This document shows positions 10,282-19,547 of a DNA stretch of 62,062 bases, one piece after another. Position 1 is the stretch's first letter. Every line of letters begins with the position of its first letter. Under the pieces are notes generated by a model. That model was not told where the DNA came from, searched no databases, and saw nothing but the letters and a program-made list of their open reading frames with translations. The translations under genes and the position numbers were made by a program. The DNA is from a virus (lineage: Duplodnaviria; Caudoviricetes): positions 1 through 62,062 of the IMG/VR virus record IMGVR_UViG_3300010354_000091, one strand, 5' to 3'.

Positions 10282-11930
10282 TATACATAATCCCACATAT
10301 AAGCTCTATCACCATATTCATCAGCAAACCATCTATCACCATCCTTATCAACAAACTCCGATTCATCGTCAACACCATTTAATATAAATCCAAAAGGTGC
10401 CATATCTTGTTCTATTTGATTTTTTTGTTCTTCATAAATTCTTTTGCGGACATCATTGTCCGTCATTTCTTTAAAATAATCTTGTGCAACTAACCAAGCA
10501 AAGATAACCAAACACATTGCTAAGTCATCATTACATCCCTCTTCTGCCTCAAAGGATTGGTTTTTTTGAGTAAAAGTTGTTAATTCACTAATAACATCAT
10601 AGTCACAAGTAAGAAGTTTATCGTCTTCAATTAATAGTTTAAGATTAGAACATCCAAGTTTTTTTACAGATTTTGTCATTCTGACACCAAGTTGAGATCT
10701 CTTTCCAGAAAATCCAGATCCAACAATTTGACCAGCACGACCTCTCATAGAGCACATGAGAACATTTTCATATTCTAAATCATAATGCATGATTGATGCT
10801 ACTTGATCTCCAATATCATTAACTTCTACAAGAATATATGCTTTATTGTATGATTTTGCCATTTCCCAAATAATATTTGGAAATAGCATCGGTTTTATTT
10901 CATTATTTCTATAAACTGCTACAACTTTATATGGTATTGTTGTTATATCATAAACAACAAATGCTGAGTAGTCGTTTCCAATTCCACGAGCCACATCAAC
11001 AGTCATCAAATAGTTATTATCTTCTTTTGGTTCTTCATAAATTGCTAAACCTTTATTCTTTTTGATCGGTTCATTATAAACTAAATTTCTGAGTTTTGTA
11101 ACACTAATAAGCGTGTCAACAGATCCAAGGAACTCACATTCAAACTCAACTTTAAATTGTTGTTCTGATGTGTTTGCGATTGTTTGTTCTTTCCATTTGG
11201 CATCTCGTCCAGGAACTTCAGACCAATGAACATCAGTTGTAACAAATTCACTTCTACCTTTTTCGGCATCATGCCACATTCTGTAGAAATGATTCATACC
11301 TTTTGGGGTAGAAACAATAATTACCTTTGTCGATTTACCTGATGAAATTGTTGGATATACTGAACTAAAGAATTCATCTGCAATGTGATTTGGAACGAAC
11401 GCAAATTCGTCCAAAAAGATAATGTTGAATGACATTCCTCGGACAGCAGATGCTGAGGTAGAAGCAGCCAGAATTTTACTTCCATTTTCAAGTTCTAATG
11501 AACCTTTATTCCAGGCAATAATACCTTGTTGCATCCACTTTGGAAGATTTTCATATGCAGTTTGCAATCGGTCTAAGAGTTCTCTTGCAGTTGCTGCTTT
11601 GTTTGCGAGAATACCAATATTTACATTGTCATTAAAAACTGCATAATGTAACAGAAAAGATACAACAGTGGTAGACTTACCAGTCTGTCGTGGCATCTTA
11701 CAGATATTAAATCTGTGATTATGAAAGTTTTTAATCAGTTTTTCTTGGAATGGATATGGATGAAACTGAACCAATCCTTCATCAAGAGAAACGATCTTTA
11801 CATAATTATTAGCAAAATATACGGGATCGTCTTTACACTTAACAAATTCAAGAATTTGATCTTGAGTAAATTCAATCGGGGTATTTGCTTTTTTTAAATT
11901 CGGATTGCCAAGATAAACATTATCAGTCAT
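10281..11930 (-). CDS. g17: Terminase large subunit
   Basis: YLGNPNLK start; Walker A PRQTGKST; Walker B IFLDEFAF; nuclease motifs VDVARG and DDLAM. Confidence 0.98.
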   Translation of the reverse strand: MTDNVYLGNPNLKKANTPIEFTQDQILEFVKCKDDPVYFANNYVKIVSLDEGLVQFHPYPFQEKLIKNFHNHRFNICKMPRQTGKSTTVVSFLLHYAVFNDNVNIGILANKAATARELLDRLQTAYENLPKWMQQGIIAWNKGSLELENGSKILAASTSASAVRGMSFNIIFLDEFAFVPNHIADEFFSSVYPTISSGKSTKVIIVSTPKGMNHFYRMWHDAEKGRSEFVTTDVHWSEVPGRDAKWKEQTIANTSEQQFKVEFECEFLGSVDTLISVTKLRNLVYNEPIKKNKGLAIYEEPKEDNNYLMTVDVARGIGNDYSAFVVYDITTIPYKVVAVYRNNEIKPMLFPNIIWEMAKSYNKAYILVEVNDIGDQVASIMHYDLEYENVLMCSMRGRAGQIVGSGFSGKRSQLGVRMTKSVKKLGCSNLKLLIEDDKLLTCDYDVISELTTFTQKNQSFEAEEGCNDDLAMCLVIFAWLVAQDYFKEMTDNDVRKRIYEEQKNQIEQDMAPFGFILNGVDDESEFVDKDGDRWFADEYGDRAYMWDYV

Positions 11931-11939
11931 AAATTAAAG

Positions 11940-14159
11940 TTAGTTACAATTCCAACGACGAAGTGCTTTATTAATGTTGCTATCTGGATCTCTTGCAGTT
12001 TTTGCTGAAGTGAGTTTTGACTTCATACCTTTCATTCTGCGGCAAAATGACTTACGACGTTCTGCTCTTTTTCCAGAGGGATTTTTTTCAGTTACTGCAG
12101 TTTGAAGTTTTGAACCCGGATTTTCTCTACGATAAGCAGCAACAGCAGCACGGCTTAATCCAGCAGTTTTATCTTTACGATTGACTGATTGCCAATCTTC
12201 TTCAATCTCTTCATATTCAACTTGTTCACCATAAGGTTTTACATATTTTTTTGAAGGACCTGGACTTGCAAAACTTCCACCTTGAGGTCCAATTGGTTGA
12301 ACTAATGGTTGTCCAGGTTGAATTTCTGAAACAACATGATGAACTACAGAAGAACCAGGGTAAACTTTTTGTAGTTCATCATTAATATCTTTACGAGTTG
12401 GAAGTTTTACCTGTGGGAAGAACATCTTCATTGCATAATATTTTCCTCTCCATGAAATAGTAACCATTACTACATTTCCAGTTTGTGGTTGGAGACGAGT
12501 TGCTTCTTCAATTTGAGATTTAAATCCTTTGATTGGTTCTGGTTTGATTACGTCAACAACCTCCGCAAAAGTTTTACCATCTGCATCTTGAATAGTTACA
12601 TCTTCTGCTTTAACGCAATTTGGATATCTTTTACCAAACATTGTCTTCATACCTTTCTTTTTATAACCAGGCCAGCATTTCTCATTGATGACTTCATCAA
12701 CAATTTTGTTTACAAGATTTTCAGTAACTTCACTCTCTCCACTCTCAAGATAATCTGCTGCAGTATCAATATAATCTGCTGCCTTAGTAATCTTTGACTG
12801 AACCCAAGCTTCTAGATCACCTTCTCCTTTAGAAACCTTTGCTTGCAATCTTTTTACTGCATTTGAAATGGTTTCAAGTTCTCCACGAGCCATTGAATAC
12901 TCTTCATCTTTTACAGAAACTTTATCCCATGCCTTTTCTCCGTAAGAACACTGAGATCTCGTTTCCCTTTTATCGCACAGAGGACAATATCTTTCTTCTT
13001 CGTTCATAGTTTCCTCCGATTTGGTTCCCCAGTTATCTGCACCAACCTTACGGCATTTAACAAGTGCTCCAGATGCATATGCACTTGGCCAAACCTTATA
13101 TCTGGATTTTACTTTATGATAACAAGCATCTTTAGTGCCACTACCTTTACCTGGTTTATCTTTTGCTTCCTGAACATCCATTTCTTCTTTCATTTTCTTC
13201 TTTGGTTTATCTGTGGAAACATAAGTTGGTTTTGCAGCACCAGTTTTTTGTTGTTGCCTAGGGTCTGCTGCTTTTTTTCTTCTTGCTGCTGAACGTCTTT
13301 CTGCTGGCGTCATACTTGCTCTTTTAGCAGAAGAGACACACTTAGGAACTCCTTCACCAGGTTCATCACTTGCACAAGTTCCACCAGTTACAACATTAAC
13401 CCAACCCGATTTTCCTTCTTTTGATTTTGATTTGCCAAACCAGTCACGGAGTCCTTCCTCACTCATTTCTTTTGTTTTTTCTTTCATTGAGTTGATGAAC
13501 TCTCTATAAATTGCTGCCTCTGATGTTTTTCCAGCTACTCTTGCTCTCTGTTCCATTGCAATAGCTGCTTGGATTTTGTGAGCATGAGATCTGTCAGAAT
13601 TTTTTATTTTTGAAACACTTTTTCTAGCAGTTTCAACATCTTTAAATCCTAACCCATGAATTGTTCCTTTTGGGTCTTCATCGGTATAGAGGTCAGAATG
13701 GTTGTCAGATTTTGCTGGTTGTCCTGGTTTTCTTGGAATACGTGCAGATTCATCTACAGAAGCTCCATTTTCTTTGTGGAGCATTCCCTCTGGATCTACC
13801 ATAAATCCAGCAGGAATTGGTTTGCACTTTTTATCTGTATAACAATAATATTTTCCTGGTTCACATTTACCATTTTTTTTCTCTTCATAAGCCATACCAA
13901 CTTTAGTATGCTTAATTTCACCTTTTTGTTTTGCGATTAATTTTTTAGAATATGTTTGTGCTTTTGAAGCACTAGAAACATTTTCATCTGGTATCCCTTT
14001 TTTAGGATTATCATAAATGTCAACATCTCCATCAGCATCACGGTCAACATATTGCACTGTTGCGTGATGAACTAGTTGTTTCAGATCAAGGTTGGGGTCC
14101 AACTGATGTTGTTTTCCCTTTAGATGTGGTGTTTTGTGAGAAAATTTTGGAGATTTCAT
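11940..14159 (-). CDS. Multi-module basic protein, probable internal head protein
   Basis: 739 aa; chain of short K/R/C-rich modules separated by acidic xxE(E) linkers. Confidence 0.7.
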   Translation of the reverse strand: MKSPKFSHKTPHLKGKQHQLDPNLDLKQLVHHATVQYVDRDADGDVDIYDNPKKGIPDENVSSASKAQTYSKKLIAKQKGEIKHTKVGMAYEEKKNGKCEPGKYYCYTDKKCKPIPAGFMVDPEGMLHKENGASVDESARIPRKPGQPAKSDNHSDLYTDEDPKGTIHGLGFKDVETARKSVSKIKNSDRSHAHKIQAAIAMEQRARVAGKTSEAAIYREFINSMKEKTKEMSEEGLRDWFGKSKSKEGKSGWVNVVTGGTCASDEPGEGVPKCVSSAKRASMTPAERRSAARRKKAADPRQQQKTGAAKPTYVSTDKPKKKMKEEMDVQEAKDKPGKGSGTKDACYHKVKSRYKVWPSAYASGALVKCRKVGADNWGTKSEETMNEEERYCPLCDKRETRSQCSYGEKAWDKVSVKDEEYSMARGELETISNAVKRLQAKVSKGEGDLEAWVQSKITKAADYIDTAADYLESGESEVTENLVNKIVDEVINEKCWPGYKKKGMKTMFGKRYPNCVKAEDVTIQDADGKTFAEVVDVIKPEPIKGFKSQIEEATRLQPQTGNVVMVTISWRGKYYAMKMFFPQVKLPTRKDINDELQKVYPGSSVVHHVVSEIQPGQPLVQPIGPQGGSFASPGPSKKYVKPYGEQVEYEEIEEDWQSVNRKDKTAGLSRAAVAAYRRENPGSKLQTAVTEKNPSGKRAERRKSFCRRMKGMKSKLTSAKTARDPDSNINKALRRWNCN

Positions 14160-14311
14160 TCCACTGGTTTTGATTTAGTTGCTTCACCTCTTGCTCTTTT
14201 TCTTCTCGCAGCACAATGAGCACGTTGAGAAAATCCTTTTGGATTGGAGCAGTCAATACTCTTTTTATATTTATTCGTCCACTCTTCTTGAAACTGTTTG
14301 AAGGTTTTCAT
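14156..14311 (-). CDS. Small basic protein with a capsid-targeting-like N-terminus
   Basis: Manual ORF, 51 aa: MKTFKQFQEEWTNKYKKSIDCSNPKGFSQRAHCAARRKRARGEATKSKPVE; ATGA overlap with the next gene; N-terminus resembles T4 IPIII MKTYQEFIAE. Confidence 0.8.
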   Translation of the reverse strand: MKTFKQFQEEWTNKYKKSIDCSNPKGFSQRAHCAARRKRARGEATKSKPVE

Positions 14312-14416
14312 TTTATTTTTTTTTTTTTTAGATTTTCTATTTTTGCTAGTGACAAGTTTTCCGAGTGATAAAAATGTCGAAAAGTTGGTAGGTATTTTAT
14401 TATATTTTAAAGGTAT

Positions 14417-15136
14417 TTATCTTGACATATCATTAGCACAGTGTGATCTTTGACCATCAGCAAGAACATAGTGAAAAAAGATTTGGTGATAATAAAGCCC
14501 TTCTTTTTCTACTCTCTTACCATACCAAGTTCTCTTATATTCGGTTGGCATTGGATCTCTCCAATGAGGTCTTTCACACCCTTTATAGATCATTCCATCA
14601 CCAGCAGATAATATCACAGAACGATTTTCACCTTTTTGAGTGATAATTGTTTTATTTTTATCAGCATATGTATCTGGGGTCTTAATCCAGATAGGCCAAG
14701 ATTCTTTTAAATTTGTGCTGATATGAGTTGTTACTGAAATCTCACAAGCATCACGATCTGCATGACGTGTTAGTGCTTGCCCAGGAAAATAAAAACGATC
14801 ATAATAATAAGTATTATAAAGTTTTCTTTTGATTATTTTTTCTAATTTTGAACGAATTTGTGAATGAATTGAACGATATTGTGGATGCCAATAACAAGCA
14901 AGTGATCCTTCTACTTGATTTTCTAATTCATAATATGTAAATTGATCTAACTTTTTCCCCCAATAATTAATTTGCCCTCGTTGTTCTGGAACAGGACGAT
15001 AAAGTTCTTTTGGATCCCATAAGTTTTTTACAACCAGATATCCATCCTTTTCAAATTGTTCATTGCGAGTCCAAGAAGTTCCTGTATTTTGTCGTTCTTG
15101 AAAAAACAACTGCTCTTCTGTCATTTGCTCTGTCAT
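14417..15136 (-). CDS. 2OG-Fe(II) oxygenase superfamily protein
   Basis: HxD (RHADRDACEISVT) and distal His (GCERPHWR); start set to ATG 15136, just after the upstream stop. Confidence 0.8.
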   Translation of the reverse strand: MTEQMTEEQLFFQERQNTGTSWTRNEQFEKDGYLVVKNLWDPKELYRPVPEQRGQINYWGKKLDQFTYYELENQVEGSLACYWHPQYRSIHSQIRSKLEKIIKRKLYNTYYYDRFYFPGQALTRHADRDACEISVTTHISTNLKESWPIWIKTPDTYADKNKTIITQKGENRSVILSAGDGMIYKGCERPHWRDPMPTEYKRTWYGKRVEKEGLYYHQIFFHYVLADGQRSHCANDMSR

Positions 15137-15137
15137 A

Positions 15138-15758
15138 TTATTTCCACCTTGGACCAACTACCCAACCAACCAAACTCTTACGAGTTCCCTTAGTTACTTT
15201 TAAAACACGATGTTGAGTTCGTGAATCAAATACAATTACAGTCCCTCTTTTTCTTGGAGCAAAATAAGACTTACCATTTTCCGCAAGAAGTTGAAGATTT
15301 CCACCTTCGTAATCATCAGGATCGGAAAGTTGAACAACAAATGAAAGTTTTCTTACAAGTTCAAGATTTTCATTTAGATAATCTTGTGCTCTTCCGTCAT
15401 GGTGATTGCCTACAGACACTGGTTTATAGTGACAAGAAATTCCAGCATCGTTGTGCCATCCATAAAATTCACCAACTCCATATTGAGTAAACTGCATATT
15501 TTCGCCATCAATGTTTCTTATATCGTAAAGAAAATTCTCACGATTTGCTCTTTCAATATAATGCCATACAAAACCTGCGGTCCAATGGTGAGTTGGAACC
15601 CAGGCATTTTTAGAATTTCTTTTATCACGATTGAGAGCATCTCCCATAAGTCTGGAGTCTCCCATTTGTTGTTGAAAATTATCTGTTAAATCTTCTTCAA
15701 TTGTTTCTACAATTTTTTCTGGAACATCAGAAAAATACCATATTGATTGAAATGCCAA
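15138..15758 (-). CDS. 2OG-Fe(II) oxygenase (PKHD/prolyl-hydroxylase-like)
   Basis: YGWHND, RKLSFVVQLSDPDDYEGG and HRVLKVTKGTRKSLVGW motifs; TTG start with AAGGAGA Shine-Dalgarno. Confidence 0.88.
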   Translation of the reverse strand: MAFQSIWYFSDVPEKIVETIEEDLTDNFQQQMGDSRLMGDALNRDKRNSKNAWVPTHHWTAGFVWHYIERANRENFLYDIRNIDGENMQFTQYGVGEFYGWHNDAGISCHYKPVSVGNHHDGRAQDYLNENLELVRKLSFVVQLSDPDDYEGGNLQLLAENGKSYFAPRKRGTVIVFDSRTQHRVLKVTKGTRKSLVGWVVGPRWK

Positions 15759-15813
15759 AAGTCAATCTCCTTATAATCTATTCATCACCATTATATATGA
15801 AATTTATAAGACC

Positions 15814-16206
15814 TCAAGTTGAAGTTTTCAATTTCCACTCTTGAGTTTCTTCGTTCCACTCGTAGTAATTTCCAGACTCTTTTTGTTCTTCAGTAAGTTC
15901 TGGTTCTGGTATTGGAGGATCCCATTCATAAGTTTCAGTATTTAAGATCCAAGATGAATAGGGTTGAGGATGTAAAAACACATCGTGTTGATTATCATAA
16001 ACCATTCCAATACCAGCATAACGATGTCTGAAGTTATTATTATAAGAGGTTTGTACCCATCGGGTTGCCTCGCCAAAAATAGACTTTAAAAATTTTATTC
16101 CAATCTCTTCACTTTCATTTCCACGTTCGTCAAGCATATCTTCATTTCTTACGACAGAAACGTGAAGAACTTTATTCTCATAATCAATCTGTGCAAAGTG
16201 TGCCAT
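15814..16206 (-). CDS. Small fibre-associated protein (MAHFA...WVQTSYN...W.PP type)
   Basis: 130 aa; GGAGG Shine-Dalgarno; this protein type typically follows Gly-rich fibre genes. Confidence 0.75.
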   Translation of the reverse strand: MAHFAQIDYENKVLHVSVVRNEDMLDERGNESEEIGIKFLKSIFGEATRWVQTSYNNNFRHRYAGIGMVYDNQHDVFLHPQPYSSWILNTETYEWDPPIPEPELTEEQKESGNYYEWNEETQEWKLKTST

Positions 16207-16220
16207 ATGACTTTACCTCC

Positions 16221-18056
16221 TTATTCTGGATATTGAATAATAACGATACCAGGACCACCTGTTCCAGCAGCACTTCCAGCACCTCCACCACCACCACCAG
16301 TATTAGTGGTTCCAGGAGTTCCTGCTGAGGTTCCAGGAGAACTTGGAGGAGCACCACCAGCACCACCGCCGCCGACACCTCCTGTTCCACCTGGTGCTAT
16401 TGCCGATGGAGTTCCAACAACAAAACTTCCACCTGCACCACCACCGCCAGCAAAGTAACGATAACCTGCAACAGGACCAGGAGTTCCATATGCGGATGGT
16501 GATAATACAGAATACCAACCAGCACCTCCAAATCCACCAGGATACGGTGCCACTGGTGGTGTTAATCCAGCACCTCCAACAGCACCAGCACCTCCACCAC
16601 CACCAGAATTTCTAACAACAGGACTCGCTAAAGTTGCATTACTTGAATTACCTTGAATACCTGGTGATGGAGAAGCAGCAACTCCGGGTCTAGCTTGTGG
16701 ATTAGTGGAAGCATTTCCACCAGAAGATCCACCAGCAGTTCCAGCACCAGGCATTTGTGCTCCACCACCACCACCATAAGCAATAATTTGAGTTGCTCCT
16801 GGAGATCCTATTGTAGTATTAGATCCAGAAGTAGATGCATTTCCTCCCGTTCCAATACCAATAGGATAAGTTCCAGCACCAACTGGATATTGTTCTCCAA
16901 CTCTTACCGAATATCCTGGATTCCAAGGATATGCCTCTGGAATACTAGTCGGAGTAGTCGTAGATGTTTCTATAGAGGTTACAAAACCTCCTGCTCCTCC
17001 TCCACCACCGCCACCAGCAAGAGCTGGGTTAATATCTCCACCTCCACCACCGCCACCAACAGCAAGGTAATCAATGAATTGAAGTGATGGATCGGTAACT
17101 GTAAAAGTTCCTGGAGATGTAAAGATATGTCTCCATACCCCAGGATGTTCTGGGTGTGTATTTGGCTCTATTGTTCCACCAGTTGCTCTTGAATATGCTG
17201 CTGTTTTTTTGTATCTTACGCACACTATTCCAGAAAAACCACCACCATATCCACTATTTACTGTACCTATACCTGCAGAATGGGGAGCTCCTTTACAAAA
17301 ACCGTTGGGTCCCAATGCTGAAATCCAATTCGCACTATTTTCTTGTGGAATAGCTTTACCTACTATAGATGCAGGAAATTCTGGAATAATTTTTCCGGGT
17401 CCTGGTAAGTTGGGAAATCCTCCAGGTCCACCAGCGCCGCCGCCACCACCAACAGTAAAAGTAGAACCAGATGAACCACCAGGATATCCTTGTCTTGGTA
17501 TGGTTGCCGGTGTATTTCCTGCCCCTCCACTAGCAGATATACCTGGAGGTCCCGTAAATCCACCTCCTCCAGATCCACCCGCACCACCTGCTGCAGGTCC
17601 AGGAGAAGTAGGTGGTGCTCCTCTTCCTCCACCTGCGGCAGTTATACCAAAAGCACTTGATGGACTACCATTAGTAGCAACCCCGCCACCACCACCAATA
17701 GAAACTGGGTAAGAACCAGGAGCGTTTGATACTCCCATATTACCAACTAGTAATCCTCCCGCACCTCCACCTGCGAGGGGTCCACTACCACCACCACCAC
17801 CAACAATCAAATAATCAACACTATCAATTGCTGCTGGTGGACGATTGACTGTAAAAGTTCCATTACCAGTAAAGATATGATAAATGTATCCATCACCACC
17901 ATCAATAATGGTTCCACCAGTTGCATAATTTCCTATGCCAGGAGCATTTTCAAAAGTATAAAAGTCATGGTTTTTGCCACTTACATTATATCTTGTTGAT
18001 GGAGAACCTGGAGACCAATTTTTTGCACCAAGTGAATTTGCACTTTTTCCTGCCAT
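16221..18056 (-). CDS. Glycine/proline-rich fibre or receptor-binding protein
   Basis: 611 aa; two ATGGTI...HIFT..GTFTV...DYL.VGGGGG units; ends GGPGIVIIQYP. Confidence 0.8.
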   Translation of the reverse strand: MAGKSANSLGAKNWSPGSPSTRYNVSGKNHDFYTFENAPGIGNYATGGTIIDGGDGYIYHIFTGNGTFTVNRPPAAIDSVDYLIVGGGGGSGPLAGGGAGGLLVGNMGVSNAPGSYPVSIGGGGGVATNGSPSSAFGITAAGGGRGAPPTSPGPAAGGAGGSGGGGFTGPPGISASGGAGNTPATIPRQGYPGGSSGSTFTVGGGGGAGGPGGFPNLPGPGKIIPEFPASIVGKAIPQENSANWISALGPNGFCKGAPHSAGIGTVNSGYGGGFSGIVCVRYKKTAAYSRATGGTIEPNTHPEHPGVWRHIFTSPGTFTVTDPSLQFIDYLAVGGGGGGGDINPALAGGGGGGGAGGFVTSIETSTTTPTSIPEAYPWNPGYSVRVGEQYPVGAGTYPIGIGTGGNASTSGSNTTIGSPGATQIIAYGGGGGAQMPGAGTAGGSSGGNASTNPQARPGVAASPSPGIQGNSSNATLASPVVRNSGGGGGAGAVGGAGLTPPVAPYPGGFGGAGWYSVLSPSAYGTPGPVAGYRYFAGGGGAGGSFVVGTPSAIAPGGTGGVGGGGAGGAPPSSPGTSAGTPGTTNTGGGGGGAGSAAGTGGPGIVIIQYPE

Positions 18057-18059
18057 ATA

Positions 18060-18419
18060 TTATGCCTCTTTGTCTCCAAGTATTAAAACATTAACTGCAT
18101 CTGTTGTACTGGAGTTATAAACCTGAATGGTATCGTTAGTATTCGCCAATGTAATTGGATATGCAAGTTCAAAGAAATAAGTATCTACTGGTTGAATTGA
18201 AAGTTGTGCAAGTTGATTGATAGAACTTGCAGTTCCAGTAGATCCACCAGAATTCGGGACAATATGAATTCTTACGGTGCTTGAGTTAATTGTATCAATG
18301 TTATGAACGATTACTGAACGAATATAAGCAGTTTTTGCAGAACCAACAGTATAAACAGTTCCTGTAGATCCAAGTGCAACTCTTGTGACCGTTCCTAATC
18401 CTACCTTTGCTAAAGCCAT
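18060..18419 (-). CDS. Small beta-rich virion/fibre adaptor protein
   Basis: 119 aa; similar layout to 19201-19542. Confidence 0.7.
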   Translation of the reverse strand: MALAKVGLGTVTRVALGSTGTVYTVGSAKTAYIRSVIVHNIDTINSSTVRIHIVPNSGGSTGTASSINQLAQLSIQPVDTYFFELAYPITLANTNDTIQVYNSSTTDAVNVLILGDKEA

Positions 18420-18443
18420 TATATCTTTATATTTTTTGAGTAT

Positions 18444-19199
18444 TTATGCAAATAACATTACTTCTAAAATATCCAATGCTGCAGTGGAACCTCCGCCACC
18501 TCCCCCTGAAGCATTAATTGTAACTTGCCCAGTACCACCAACAGGACTAATTGTAATGTTAGTCCCAGCAACAATAGAAGTTACTATGCCCGTTAAGTTT
18601 GTTCCGGAACCACTAAATGAAGCAGCAGTAACAACCCCAGTAAAGTTTCCATCACCAGAAACTGTTAGTTTTGATGTTGGGTTTATGGTTCCGATTCCTA
18701 CATTAGATAATCTGTAAATATTTGAATTGGAACCTTCATTCCAAAAACTATTGCTTGAATTTCCAAAAGTAATAATAGAAACAATATCACCAGAACTTGC
18801 AGCTTCATTTAAAACTACGGAGGTTTGATTGGTTGCAGTATACTCATCTCCAGATAGTAAAATACCATTTACAAATACATCTATATAACCAACAGTATAG
18901 CTAACATTAAAAGTGGTTTGTCCATTTGTTGCGACGAATTCAGTTAATGTCCTAGAAAATGCTCCAGCAGTTGCACTAATTGTAACTTGACCGGTTGCAT
19001 TAGAAATACTTATATTAGATCCAGCAACAATAGAAGTTACTATGCCCGTTAAGTTTGTTCCGGAACCACTAAATGAAGATGCTGTTACAATTCCGGTAAA
19101 AGTTGCATTACCAGTAGCAACAAGTACATTATTATTTTCAGTATAAGAAGATACTCCTATGTTTAAATTTTTTAATCTACCACTTATAAGTTTAGCCAT
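18444..19199 (-). CDS. Fibre-like structural protein
   Basis: GIVTA.SFSGSG, ATNGQTTF...VFVNG and NVGIGT.NP motifs; internal duplication. Confidence 0.75.
   Translation of the reverse strand: MAKLISGRLKNLNIGVSSYTENNNVLVATGNATFTGIVTASSFSGSGTNLTGIVTSIVAGSNISISNATGQVTISATAGAFSRTLTEFVATNGQTTFNVSYTVGYIDVFVNGILLSGDEYTATNQTSVVLNEAASSGDIVSIITFGNSSNSFWNEGSNSNIYRLSNVGIGTINPTSKLTVSGDGNFTGVVTAASFSGSGTNLTGIVTSIVAGTNITISPVGGTGQVTINASGGGGGGSTAALDILEVMLFA
18565..18622. repeat. 58-bp exact direct repeat, copy 1
   Basis: ccagcaacaatagaagttactatgcccgttaagtttgttccggaaccactaaatgaag, identical to 19021-19078. Confidence 0.95.
19021..19078. repeat. 58-bp exact direct repeat, copy 2
   Basis: Identical to 18565-18622. 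Confidence 0.95.
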
Positions 19200-19200
19200 A

Positions 19201-19542
19201 TTACTTTAACGTCTCCAAAATACTTCCAATAAATTTTAAATTGGTCGCATTATTAGCGGATAGAACTAAAACATCATTTGACTCCATTATTAATCTTCCG
19301 TCCAAAACACTTACAGAATCATTTGCTGGAACTACATAGTCTTTAACTATTTCTGTCGTTACAGCAGTTCCAGCAACAGATCTTTGGTGAGAAACTGTCA
19401 CCGTATATGATTGTGATCCTATGTTTGCAACTTGAGCCAAAAGAACAACCCCAGCATATCCAACAGGAGCAGTGTAAATTCCAACTGGACTCGTTGAAGC
19501 TACTGAAGTAATTGTTTTATATACATTAAGTGCTAGTGCCAT
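19201..19542 (-). CDS. Small beta-rich virion/fibre adaptor protein
   Basis: 113 aa: MALALN...IYTAP...LAQVANI. Confidence 0.7.
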   Translation of the reverse strand: MALALNVYKTITSVASTSPVGIYTAPVGYAGVVLLAQVANIGSQSYTVTVSHQRSVAGTAVTTEIVKDYVVPANDSVSVLDGRLIMESNDVLVLSANNATNLKFIGSILETLK

Positions 19543-19547
19543 TTATA

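Noticed and set aside
5401-11930. Introns or inteins in the portal, sheath or terminase genes
   Set aside because: The ORFs are continuous and of normal length, with no splice or intein motifs seen.
14316-14329. 14-nt T homopolymer as a phase-variation tract
   Set aside because: It is non-coding and in an AT-rich gap, and could be a sequencing artefact; there is no supporting evidence.
16303-17712. Pro-rich and His-rich alternative ORFs over the Gly-rich fibre gene
   Set aside because: Frame or antisense shadows of GGT/GGA codon runs.
18565-19078. Diversity-generating retroelement TR/VR pair
   Set aside because: The copies are identical, with no adenine-specific mismatches, and there is no reverse transcriptase in the window.
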